Assembly: GCF_006345805.1 (NCBI RefSeq)
Contig: NC_043007.1
Span: 23,808,001 to 23,872,000 of the forward strand
Origin: Octopus sinensis
Taxonomy: Eukaryota
Length of the DNA: 64,000 nucleotides
Direction: 5' to 3'
Below, one piece after another: positions 37,475-50,562 of the stretch (the first letter of the stretch is position 1; each line of letters opens with the position of its first letter). The translations under genes were made by a program, and so were the position numbers. The notes below the pieces were generated by a model. That model worked only from the letters and a program-made list of their open reading frames with translations, made no database searches and was not told where the DNA came from.

Positions 37475-37793
37475 CTTCTCTTTATAAATGTTCTGAAAAC
37501 TATTCACAGGCTTTTTTTTATTTTTATCTCAATCTGTTATATACATACACACATATATATATGCTAATGCACGACCTACGTTGGACTCCTCATTCGTATC
37601 ATTATCGAACATGGAGCTTGACTATAGTCTGTCCGTAGCACTTCCTCAGCATTACCTGACACCTTTGGGTCTTCTTGACATTAATACCTCTCATACCTAC
37701 ACACACACACACCACACACACACACACCACACACACAAACAAACAAACAAACAAACAAACATACATACATATATATATCATATGTACGTACAG

Positions 37794-37865
<72 letters not shown>

Positions 37866-38509
37866 TTGGGGACAAGAACGCGACTGGTGACAACGAAGCA
37901 TCCAGGCAGTTGGATGATACAAAAAGGGACATGAGAAAACAAGGACGGGTCATTCGGAATTTTCTTTTCTCAGTCGAGTTCTAGATTATCTTTGCAGTAT
38001 CGGTTGGTTATACTGGAGACTGCTCTAATCTGGCCAGCCCCAAAGAAAATCTAAGCTAAGAGCACAAGATTCCTTGAAAGAAAGCAGCGAATGTATACGA
38101 AAACAAAGACGAAAAGAAAACCGGAGAAACAGTACACAAATACAAATGTAAACATTAACAACAGGTGTCTTTCGAGGCGTACGTACACTTTGGTCTCTCT
38201 TATATATATATATATGCACAAAATATGGGGTTTAGTTCACAGGTGATCTAAACGACTAGATACGCTGAGTAAGTGATGTAAAGGATTACCATGGCTCCAA
38301 GCTCATAGCCGAGACAAGAGTTATGGGACCATTGTAGATTTCCGATAAATCGCATATATATTTGCTAAAACTAAAAAGGCAAAATTCATTAATAAGGGTG
38401 CACACTACTGTAGCTAGGGGTGGGATGGGGTTTTGCGACACACACACTCTAGCTACGCTAGTGAGGGTGCAGACTCATTTCTAGCAATTACAGGTTCTAT
38501 TTTGCACCC

Positions 38510-38545
<36 letters not shown>

Positions 38546-38570
38546 GTATATATATATTATATACTATATA

Positions 38571-38620
<50 letters not shown>

Positions 38621-38735
38621 TATACACACACCCACATATTATAAATATATATGTAATATATATATATATACATATATATTATTATATATATTATATACTA
38701 TTATATATATACATATATATATACATATATATTAT

Positions 38736-38778
<43 letters not shown>

Positions 38779-38955
38779 GGCAGCTGCATCAACTCTCTCA
38801 TGCACCAAATAGCAGTTGCTAGAAAGCCTCCATGAAGTGAACCAAGTAGCAACACCAAATGGCGGGCCCCACATGGCCACAGCTCATAAGCTAAAACTAG
38901 AATCAATCAATCATATATATATATATATATATATAGATATATATATATATATATA

Positions 38956-39852
38956 TCTTTGTATATGTGTGTGTGTGTGTATGAATATATATACACATAC
39001 ATACACACAGGTGAGGGAGAGAGAGAGAGATTGGTAGTAGATAGATAGATTATTATATGTACGCACACACATGTAAATACATTTACATCCACATGCATAT
39101 ACACGCAGGAAAATCGACTCATTCTTCCACTATTCTATTTACGTCACAAGAACCTCCTTTTATCAATAACAATTTCCTTTCTTTCTCCTGTATTTACCTG
39201 TCCACTTGTATGGCTCGTCACCCACCTCATTTTTCGGTTCTGTACTTCCTCTGTTAATGTTCCGACATTACATAAAATAAAGGTGTACACACGCACGCAT
39301 AAGCGCGCGCAAGATATGGTCATGGCTATCCTAATTTTAACAATAGAGTTCCCATCGTTGCTATCTCTCTATCCATTAGTCAGCATCGGGATTATGCTTA
39401 CGTAATAAAAATGACGTCTGTGAGATCGCTGTTAATTATCATTTTCATAACAAAATTGTACAGACCTTGAACTGGGTGGCGTATTTTTTTTTACCAGAAA
39501 TAAAAATAAAAATAATTTCTTGACAGGTATTCAGCGTAGTCACACCCAATTAAATATCACACATTGATGTGTACAGATAACGCATAGGACGTCACTCACA
39601 AACCATAAAGGATTCTAGTGTAAAAACTAGTGACAAAATGTCCAGATTAATTATATTAAATTTTAACTAGTAGGCGCAGGAGTGGCTGTGTGGTAAGTAG
39701 CTTGCTAACCAACCACATGGTTCCGGGTTCAGTCCCACTGCATGGCATCTTGGCAAGTGTCTTCTGCTTAGCCCCGGGCCGACCAATGCCTTGTGAGTGG
39801 ATTTGGTAGACGGAAACTGAAAGAAGCCTGTCGCATATATGTATATATATAT

Positions 39853-39891
<39 letters not shown>

Positions 39892-40926
39892 CTTTGTATA
39901 TGTGTGTGTGTGTGTATGATATATATTACACATACATACACACAGGTGAGGGAGAGAGGAGAGAGATTGGTGTAGATAGATAGATTATTATAGTACGCAC
40001 ACACATGTAAATACATTTACATACACTGCATATACACGCAGGAAAATCGACTCATTCTTCCACTATTCTATTTACGTCACAAGAACCTCCTTTATCAATA
40101 ACAATTTCCTTTTTCTCCTGTATTACCTGTCCACTTGTATGGCTCGTCACCCACCTCATTTTTCGGTTCTGTACTTCCTCTGTTTAATGTTCGACGCATT
40201 AACATAAAATAAAGGTGTACACACGCACGCATAAGCGCGCGCAAAGATATGGTCATGGCTATCCTAATTTTAACAATAGAGTTCCCATCGTTGCTATCTC
40301 TCTATCCATTAGTCAGCATCGGGATTATGCTTACGTAAAAAAATGACGTCTGTGAGATCGCTGTTAATTATCATTTTCATAACAAAATTGTACAGACCTT
40401 GAACTGGGTGGCGTATTTTTTTTTACCAGAAATAAAAATAAAAATAATTTCCTTGACAGGTATTCAGCGTAGTCACACCCAATTAAATATACACACATTG
40501 ATGTGTACAGATAACGCATAGGACGTCACTCACAAACCATAAAGGATTCTAGTGTAAAAACTAGTGACAAAATGTCCAGATTAAATTATATTAAATTTTA
40601 ACTAGTAGGCGCAGGAGTGGCTGTGTGGTAAGTAGCTTGCTAACCAACCACATGGTTCCGGGTTCAGTCCCACTGCATGGCATCTTGGGCAAGTGTCTTC
40701 TGCTATAGCCCCGGGCCGACCAATGCCTTGTGAGTGGATTTGGTAGACGGAAACTGAAAGAAGCCTGTCGCATATATGTATATATATATATATGAGGGCA
40801 GCTGCATCGAACTCTCTCATGCACCAAATAGCAGTTGCTAGAAAGCCTCCATGAAGTGAACCAAGCAACACCAAATGGCGGTGCCCCAGCATGGCCACAG
40901 CTCATAGCTAAAACTAGAATCAATCA

Positions 40927-40975
<49 letters not shown>

Positions 40976-41868
40976 TTGTATATGTGTGTGTGTGTGTATG
41001 AATATATATACACATACATACACACAGGTGAGGGAGAGAGAGAGAGATTGGTAGGTAGATAGATAGATTATTATATGTACGCACACACATGTAAATACAT
41101 TTACATACACATGCATATACACGCAGGAAAATCGACTCATTCTTCCACTATTCTATTTACGTCACAAGAACCTCCTTTTATCAATAACAATTTCCTTTAT
41201 TTCTCCTGTATTTACCTGTCCACTTGTATGGCTCGTCACCCACCTCATTTTTCGGTTCTGTACTTCCTCTGTTTAATGTTCCGACGCATTAACATAAAAT
41301 AAAGGTGTACACACGCACGCATAAGCGCGCGCAAAGATATGGTCATGGCTATCCTAATTTTAACAATAGAGTTCCCATCGTTGCTATCTCTCTATCCATT
41401 AGTCAGCATCGGGATTATGCTTACGTAATAAAAATGACGTCTGTGAGATCGCTGTTAATTATCATTTTCATAACAAAAATTGTACAGACCTTGAACTGGG
41501 TGGCGTATTTTTTTTTACCAGAAATAAAAATAAAAATAATTTCCTTGACAGGTATTCAGCGTAGTCACACCCAATTAAATATACACACATTGATGTGTAC
41601 AGATAACGCATAGGACGTCACTCACAAACCAAAAGGATTCTAGTGTAAAAACTAGTGACAAAATGTCCAGATTAATTATATTAAATTTTAACTAGTAGGC
41701 GCAGGAGTGGCTGTGTGGTAAGTAGCTTGCTAACCAACCACATGGTTCCGGGTTCAGTCCCACTGCATGGCATCTTGGGCAAGTGTCTTCTGCTATAGCC
41801 CCGGGCCGACCAATGCCTTGTGAGTGGATTTGGTAGACGGAAACTGAAAGAAGCCTGTCGCATATATG

Positions 41869-41880
<12 letters not shown>
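38956..41880. repeat. Tandem triplication of a ~0.9-kb block ending in a family B SINE
   Basis: Copies start at ~38956, ~39891 and ~40973. They are near-identical apart from scattered 1-bp indels. Confidence 0.9.
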
Positions 41881-41899
<19 letters not shown>

Positions 41900-42110
41900 T
41901 TGTGTGTCTGTGTTTGTCCCCCTAGCATTGCTTGACAACCGATGCTGGTGTGTTTACGTCCCCGTCACTTAGCGATTCGGCAAAAGAGACCGATAGAATA
42001 AGTACTGGCCTTACAAAGAATAAGTCCCGGGGTCGATTTGCTCGACTAAAAGGCGGTGCTACAGCATGGCCGCAGTCAAATGACTGAAACAAGTAAAAGA
42101 GTAAAAAGAG
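41696..42110 (+). mobile_element. Full-length young family B SINE
   Basis: Complete head, core and (GTAAAA/GA)n tail. Confidence 0.85.
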
Positions 42111-42253
42111 TAAAGAGTATATTTGTTTCTAAATAGTTCGAGCCCTAGAATATTAAATTATTGCATGGGTCTAAGTATTTAAGGAGCGGAACGTGTAATT
42201 TCCTGTAATTCAGATTGCCTCATGGTCCCAACAGACAAAATGGAAAAAGGCGT

Positions 42254-43040
42254 GGTCCCGGAGGCGGAATTTTTTTTTCTCACGAGAGTTCCGGACCCCA
42301 GTAATGAACTCATTTGCATACAGCCAATCAACGCAAAGCCCAACATATCATTCGTGAATGTGTTAAAAGCAACCAATCTCTTGAGTAAACACATTCTACC
42401 AAGTAAACTCAAAACGAAGAACGATGTTGTAAGTCGACCGATCGTCAAGTTATGCCTGATTCAGAAGAAAGATGGTTGGTGGTGGTAGAAACCGCATTGG
42501 TGCTGGCAGACCGTTGAAGGGTTGTTTAAAAAGTGTGAAAGAAAAGGTACTGTTCAGCTCTCAGGTTATGCCTGGACGCAAAACCCAACATAACACTCGT
42601 GAATGTATTAAAAACAACCAACCTCTTGGTAAACCACACTCTATCAAGTAAACTCAAGATGAAGAACAGTGTTATAAGTCGACCGATCGCCAAGTTACGC
42701 CTGATTTTGGAAAGAGACAAGCAATTAGATAGATTTGCATCTATGCCTATTATCGGATTTTGTTAGGACCCCATATAATAAAGATGCGGATGGGGAAAAT
42801 GTGGGTAGAGGGTGATGTGCTAGCAACCCTCTCCCCTTACTGTTTTACAAAGTAAACAACACAAATAACTACGCAGAGGCTGCCATGGTTGAAGCAAGAT
42901 CAACAAGCATTTATCGCTCATCACTTGTTATGCACTCATAAATTAGTTTGATAGTTGAGCTCTGATTGGCTGTATGCAAATGAGTTCATAACTAGGGTCC
43001 GGAACTCTCGTTGAAAAAAATTTTTCGCGTCCCGGAAGAG
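42254..43040. mobile_element. Unclassified element: ~80-bp inverted repeats enclosing two ~135-bp direct repeats
   Basis: IRs at 42254-42335 and 42960-43040. DRs at 42340-42470 and 42580-42715. Confidence 0.6.
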
Positions 43041-44197
43041 GATGGTGAAGGAGATGTGCTGGAACAGCCACTCTGACACTCGGGACTTGCACTCCCGCGC
43101 AAACTTATTCGATACATCTGGAATTTAACAGCCAGCCGTTTTTTCTTGAGCCCTAGTTACTCATAAGGCCCCTTAACCGGTTTCTATGGTATATAATTGA
43201 TCGAGATCACAGCATTTCCCCTGAACGGGACACAGGTCTGTTGAACGGTTGAAGATGAGCAATTTTGAGGGGACAGAACAAATCGATTGCATCGATCCCA
43301 GTACTTGGCTGGTGCTTCATTTTATTGGCCCCAAAGGGATGAAAAGCAGAGCTGACCTCGGTTGAATTTGAACGTAGAACGTAAAGACCCGGAAGAAAGG
43401 TCGTTGAGTATTTTGTTTGGTGTGCTAAGGATTCTGCTATCTCGCAGCCTTACAATCAACAATTAGTTTCAAATCCTGGCACAAAGATACCAATTACGGG
43501 AAAGTGGATAAGTCGATTACATCGATCCCAGGGCTAAACTGGTACTTAATTTATCGACCCCGGAAGGATGAAGGGCAAAGTCGACCTCGGTGAAATTTTA
43601 ACTCAGGACGTAAAGAGTGTGAGTGTGTCTCTGTGTGTGTGTGTGTGTGCTAATATTTGAAGTTGCTAAACCACGAGTCGTGACGATATTAAAACCACGA
43701 TCTTCAAAATATATTAAATATCGTATCATAAAGGAAGAATGATTTCTGCCTTTCACTCAATGTCACGCCGATCATTAATCAACGAGGTGCGTGTGCGCGC
43801 GTGTAACAATGTTTACTTGAGATAACTGAGCAAATGTTTAGAGAGTTATTATCTTTCATGAGAGTATAAAATGTTAAGATTAACATATTTACCTATTTAG
43901 GAAGGCAGTTAAACGTGTCTACAATTCCTCTTGTCCCCAGAAAAAAAACCCAACAGAACAGAATGTCTTTTCCTTGATGACATGTCAATTCCTGAGAATT
44001 CTTGATTCGTGAGATTATCTTTTCTTTTCACTCGGATTCGGTCGATATTGCCACTAGGCATTTGTTTACATTCTCTCGAAGTGAATATAATTTCAAGAAA
44101 TCAAGAATTTACATGGTACGGTATTTTGTATGCCTTCTTCAGAAGCTCAAACAACTGAAGAAGATCGCCAAGGATATATATATATATATATATATAT

Positions 44198-44612
44198 TTC
44201 TTTATTGCCCACAAGGAGCTAAACATAGAGAGGACAAACAAGGACAGACAAATGGATTAAGTCGATTATATCAAATCCAGTGCGTAACTGGTACTTATTT
44301 AATCGAACCCGAAAGGATGAAAGACAAAGTCGATCTCAGCGGAATTTGAACTCAGAACGTAACGGCAGACGAAATACCTATTTCTTTACAACCCACAAGG
44401 GGCTAAACACAGAGAGGACAAACAAGGACAAACAAACGGATTAAGTCAACTACATCGACCCCAGTGCGTAACTGGTACTTATTTAATCGACCCCGAAAGG
44501 ATGAAAGGCAAAGTCGACCTCGGCGGAATTTGAACTCTTTACGTAGCGGCAGACAAAATATCGCTAAACATTTCGTCCGGCGTGCTAACGATTCTGCCAG
44601 CTCGGCTCCTTT
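44198..44612 (-). repeat. Family A SINE dimer
   Basis: Junction GAAATAC|CTATTTC at ~44375. The head-bearing unit ends at ~44610. Confidence 0.8.
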
Positions 44613-44931
44613 TCTACTATGATATATCGACTCTTTTCACTGAACTAAAATACTTCTTGCTAATGACTTACATAGCTTAATTTTCGTATGAACCCCTAGT
44701 CTATGTAATGTGATTTCTACACATATCATAGCATTTCCTTTGCTTGATCTGCCTTCCTAAATTCATTAGGTTCACTCTTTAAAAACCCATTAGTTATGAT
44801 AAAAGTTCAAAGATATTTAAACTTATTCAACTCCTCTACCATGTGCTCATCCATTGACGCATTTCGTTTATCTGCTTACTTGGTCCTTACAATTTCAGTT
44901 TAATCGTTATCTTCAAGCACAACCTTTTGTC

Positions 44932-45006
<75 letters not shown>

Positions 45007-45109
45007 GAAGTTATTTTACGGCATTCTTTCGTTTGAAGAAGTAAAGTTGTCAACTCGACATATACGGGATCATATGATTGTTCGTTAATTTCCGTAAAAT
45101 TCTTTTAAT

Positions 45110-45400
45110 TTATTTATGCTTTAAAGAGAGCAGAAATTGAAAGAGAGGATAAAGTGAAAAAGTGACATATGCTTTGAAGTGAGTGGAAAATATGGAAATT
45201 CAGATAAGAAAATATATATTCACATGCATTGCAAACGTTTCTAATGAACAATATTTCTTTTATGGACATGAGGAGACACCAACACACCATGGTTTTCAGA
45301 AATGTTGAATCTATAAGGAAAACAATATCATATGCATAATCCAGTTCTTTTAAATACTTTCCGTAAGACTTATTCATTTCTTTACCTCAATCTCCGAGTG
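45110..45400 (-). mobile_element. Highly decayed LINE RT fragment
   Basis: GKYLKELDYAYDIVFL resembles the RTE RT motif LEDLDFADDIALL. Confidence 0.45.
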
Positions 45401-45559
45401 TTTCCTTAACAACGTAGTTTATTAGAAAACGCAAACAAGAGAGGCACAAAATGAATTTGAAATTGAGCAAGGCGCTAAACTTGAAATTCATCTGAGAGCT
45501 GGCCACCTACAGTTACTCAGCATTTACCGTTTTGTTGGCATACAAGCCACACAATAAAA

Positions 45560-45606
45560 AAAAATGTAATAATAATAATAATAATAATATAATAATAATA
45601 ATAATA

Positions 45607-45650
<44 letters not shown>

Positions 45651-45692
45651 AATAAAATAATAATAATAACAATGATGATGATGATGATGATG

Positions 45693-45729
<37 letters not shown>

Positions 45730-45837
45730 TAATGATGATGATGATGATAATAATAATAATAATAATGATGATGATGATATTAATAATAATAGTAATAATA
45801 ATAATAACAACAACAACAACAATAATAATAATAATAG

Positions 45838-45880
<43 letters not shown>

Positions 45881-45920
45881 ATTAATAATAATAATGATAA
45901 TAATAATAATAATAATAAAA
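45560..45920. repeat. (AAT)n/(GAT)n compound trinucleotide tract
   Basis: Direct inspection. Confidence 0.95.
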
Positions 45921-46439
45921 TATCTTAAAAACTCAGCCCGGATCCTGAATTTAAAGTTGGGTTTATATTACACGTTTTAATGCTGTAGAAACTTTATTTC
46001 AGAAATATGCGTTGCTGAAATTGTGGGTGCGTCAGATATGCCCGTGCGTTTTTTATGCCATCAAATATGGTACTTCCTCGACGTGTTGCTCCTATTAGAT
46101 TAACATGCTTTTCCTACAAATTACGAGTGAACTCTACATAGAATATCAAAGGCCTTTCAAAGCCTGCAAAAACTATTACTAAAAGCCATCGGAATCCGAC
46201 GTTAACGTTGTACAATGTGCCTAAGCAAAATATTTGGTCATTTTTAACTCCATGGTCTGCGGAAGTCTGCTTGTTTATCCTATCTAACAGCGCTGGATTA
46301 ATCATTAAGCAAAGTAAGCACATGCTTAGGGCATCGAGGGAAGTGGTGGTGGGGGGAGCACAAGGAATAGTAAATAGTTTACAACACAAAAGAAATCACT
46401 TTAAACTTGCTAAAATAATATTCGAAAGTGGTTTGTATA

Positions 46440-46860
46440 CTCTCTCTTTACTCTTTTACTTGTTTCAGTCATTTGACTGCGGCCATGCTGGAGCACCGCC
46501 TTTAATCGAGCAAATCGACCCCGGGACTTATTCTTTTGTAAGCCCAGTACTTATTCTATCGGTCTCTTTTGCCGAACCGCTAAGTGACGGGGACGTAAAC
46601 ACACCAGCATCGGTTGTCAAGCAATGCTAGGGGGACAAACACAGACACACAAACACACACACACATACACACACACATATATATATACATATATACGACA
46701 GGCTTCTTTCAGTTTCCGTCTACCAAATCCACTCACAAGGCATTGGTCGGCCCGGGGCTATAGCAGAAGACACTTGCCCAAGATGCCACGCAGTGGGACT
46801 GAACCCGGAACAATGTGGTTGGTTAGCAAGCTACTTACCACACAGCTACTCCTGCGCCTA
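46440..46860 (-). mobile_element. Full-length young family B SINE
   Basis: Near-identical reverse complement of 41696-42110. Confidence 0.85.
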
Positions 46861-47168
46861 TATGATCGGAAATATAATTTCGAAGTGTTCATGGTGACAT
46901 AAGGGAGAATCTGATCAAAGACTTTGCAATGGAAAAAAAAGCAGAAGAAAACTTTTCAAATAGAGAGTGGAAGTATTCAGAAACAAACATTATTTTCCAT
47001 CTTACTGTTAGTTTTGTTTCATTTTGAAAAATATAAATTTATTTTATGGTTTATTGTCTATATTTTGAACTACATATGTATGGGGTACCAAAATTTTTTA
47101 AATGTATGTATGTATGTATGTATGTATGTATGTATGTATGTATGTATGTATGTATTTATGTATGTATG

Positions 47169-47200
<32 letters not shown>

Positions 47201-47827
47201 ATAATATATATATATATATACACCTCCACACAGTTTCCGTTTACCATATTCACTCACAAGGCATTGGTTAGTCCCGGGGCTATATAGTAGAAGACACTTG
47301 CCCAAGGTGTCGGGCACTGGGATTGAACCCGAAACCACGTGGTCAGTAATGCAAGCTTCTTAACCATGTCTGCGCCTAGTTAAGCAAAAGATATTTATAG
47401 CTTTTCTCGATGCGCATTTTCTATTTTCAGAGACGACAATTTTCCCAAGGAACTTTGATGGTGAATGACTTGCCGCAGATTATTGGCGACTCTGGATTCA
47501 ACTTTTACGTGAAGAATCTCATGTGATTAATATAGGTCGTATCTGGGGAAAAACCCGAATGAAATACTTCGTGTCGTAATGCATTTGACCTAAATTCAAG
47601 ACGCAAGTGTTCATAATATCCCGGAACAAGTTTAAAAATACCGAATATATTACGCATTATAATATATGCTATGAGAATGTTGTGACATCTCATTGTCTCT
47701 ACGTGTCTCAAAAGTCATTTACATAAGTGGAAGTTTCTAAGCACTTTTTATTCACTGCGTATAATAAAGTAAATTAGGATATTTAGGCAACCTGTTCAGG
47801 TTTGTATTGTATATTAAGACTTATATT

Positions 47828-48261
47828 GGATCTTTTCGGTTTGAACGGCAGTTTTTTCTAGAGTTGTCATATGAAATTGTCACCCATAATTATGACCTTA
47901 GTATCGATCTATTGCATATCAATCTATTTTATGGTTAGGGTTAGAGTTAGGGTTAGGGTTAGGGGTGGGGGAAGGGTATATTTTTTCTTCAGAAATGTAA
48001 ATAAACCCAATCTGTTTCTTAAACGAGGGACATATTCATACGGCACTGAATGTTTTCACCTCAATAGACGGTCATTGATTGGTTGAAATTGCAGAAATTG
48101 AAGAAAAAACAACAACAAATATCTTACAAACTATAGAATTTTCTCAATAAAGCCAAGAGAAAAAGATGTTTTATAAACACATTCTACTAGTATGCGAAAT
48201 TTAAAATTTTTTAGTTACCTAGAAATTATGTTAAAAACTGCCTTTCAAATCGAAAAGATCC
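47828..48261. mobile_element. MITE with GGATCTTTTC TIRs, 8-bp TSD CTTATATT and internal (TTAGGG)n
   Basis: TSD at 47820-47827 and 48262-48269. ~28-bp TIR. TTAGGG-type units at 47935-47964. Confidence 0.88.
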
Positions 48262-48485
48262 CTTATATTTAAAATTTATGTTTGAAAGTAATTTTGTATA
48301 TTTTCTAAGTGTAATTTTAGATGTTTTTGCTGACACATCTAATTACACATAGTAGTACATCTAAGTACGTATAAGAATCACTGTATTGAGCGTTTCGTAA
48401 TTTAGCACAAATGGTAAGCCCCCAATAAATTTAGTCTCAACGCTTCTTGCTCAGAGTTCTAATCCCATGAAAGTCGATTTTATTT

Positions 48486-48895
48486 GGATCTTTTCGGTTT
48501 GAACGGCAGTTTTTAACATAATTTCCTCGTAACTAAACACTTTTAAACTTCGTATACTGGTAGAATGTGTTTATAAAAGAATCTTTTTCTCTTGGCTTTA
48601 TTGAGAAAATTCTATAGTTTGTAAGATATTTGTTGTTTTTTTTCTTCAATTTCTGCAATTTCAACCAATCAGGTAAAAAAACATTCTGTGCCGTATGAAT
48701 ATATCCCTCGTTTAAGAAACAGATTGGGTTTATTTACATTTGTGAAGAAAAAAAGATATATTTCCCCTGCCCCTAACCTTAACCCTAACCCTAAAACAGA
48801 TTGAAATGCAATAGATCGATACTAGGGTCATAATTATGGGTGACAATTTCATATGACACCGCTAGAAAAAACTGCCGTTCAAACCGAAAAGATCC
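48486..48895. mobile_element. Second copy of the GGATC MITE (opposite orientation), 8-bp TSD TTTTATTT
   Basis: TSD at 48478-48485 and 48896-48903. Perfect TIRs GGATCTTTTCGGTTTGAACGGCAGTTTT. Confidence 0.88.
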
Positions 48896-49836
48896 TTTTA
48901 TTTTTTTAAAAATTGAATATCCTTCATTTCAGAGCCAATAAATAAGTACCAACGACACAATGATGGCGACGAGCTGGTAGAATCGTTAGCACGTCGGGCA
49001 AGGCGCTTAGCGGGATTACTTCTGGCTCATTACGTTCAGAGTTCAAATTCTGCCGAAGTCAACTTTGCGTTTACCGTTGTTTTCCATTCTATAAAATAAT
49101 GTACCACTCAAGTGCTGGGGTTGATGTAATCAAGGGTTCTCGCTTCGCTCAAAAATTTCTGGACTTAAACCCTGAAATGAACCAGCGTCTCGTTCAAAAG
49201 GACTCAAAGTGTCTGTAGTAATCCCTTATCCCATAAAGTGCGGATTAAGGCGGCGAGCTGGTTGAACCGTTAGCGCGTCGGACAAAATGCTTAACGAATT
49301 TCGTCCATCTTTATGTTCTGAGTTCAACTTCTGCCGAGGCCGACTTTACCTTTTAATCTTTCGGGGCCGATAAAATAAGTACCAGCTGAGCACTGGAGCC
49401 GATGTAATCGACAAACGATTCCCCCGAAATTGCTGACCTTTTACCAGAATTTGAAACCATGTAGCGTGGAATGTTCACAACAACGCCATTCCTTCCTAAT
49501 ATAAAAGAATTTTAACTGAAGGCCTCTCAAGTTTGAAAATGGATCGAGATTAGGTGTCTAATTTGCGAAAATCAACAAAATTAAGATAAGTGTTTGATAA
49601 TAATTATATATATATATACGGAGCAGTGGTGAGGTTTTTGCCCGAACTTGTCGAACCTCCACTTCCCAACCTCGCTGCCTGTCTGTGTATGTCGACAGTA
49701 CTTTATCGGGGCTGAGAAGTTATCATGCGAAATCTTTCATTTGTAATTTCTGATAGTCTCTCATTTCAGTTAATTCCGGGTTGATTATCTAAGCAAATAG
49801 TAATTTTGGTTGTTTTGGTTGATTATATATACACCC

Positions 49837-49903
<67 letters not shown>

Positions 49904-50562
49904 GCACACACACACACACACATGTGTGAATGTATACGCGTGCACACGAGTTTATGCGTATACACATACAGATAATTAATGTATGTCTGCACACACACAC
50001 ACGCACGAACACACACACATACACACACACACACACAAACACACACTCTCTCTCTCTTTCACCAGTGCGTACACGGATAAGCAAATGAACATATGCACAC
50101 ACACACACACACACACACACACAAGCAAACATATATACAAACACAAATATATGTGTATGTGTGAGCATGTGTGTGTATGTATACATGTTTCACAGTACAT
50201 ATACATAAATATATTATTCAACATGCAGACATCACACACATATACATATACACGCGCACACACACAATCCAAACACACAGACAGACCTTCATAATACATA
50301 CTCATCCATTACATTGCAATAGCTGCGCGAGAACACATAAACGCACCCCTAAACAAACGTTTTCGTACCTCTTTGGAACACTCCACTCCCAGGCTTAAAA
50401 TTTCTCTGAAAGATAACCAGTTATGTCTATTCGACTTGGCAGAATTATTAAAGCGTCGAAAAATAACTTGTAACTCATATTTCGGCTCTTTACGTCCTGA
50501 GTTCAAATCCCCGCGAAGTTAACTTATCCTTTCGGAGTCAATAGGATAAAATACGTTGCATT

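Larger units (their letters stand above)
37191..37539. mobile_element. ~350-bp foldback (long inverted repeat) element
   Basis: Arms 37218-37351 and 37366-37500 are reverse complements apart from a few small indels. 14-nt spacer. Weaker outer symmetry extends to ACAGATTG/CAATCTGT. Confidence 0.92.

Noticed and set aside
47431-47523. Possible exon RRQFSQGTLMVNDLPQIIGDSGFNFY after a TTTTCAG acceptor
   Set aside because: No recognisable homology, weak donors and no partner exons.
47935-47964. Chromosome end or telomere fusion site
   Set aside because: Only ~5 TTAGGG-type units, internal to a TSD-flanked MITE and present in its sibling copy.
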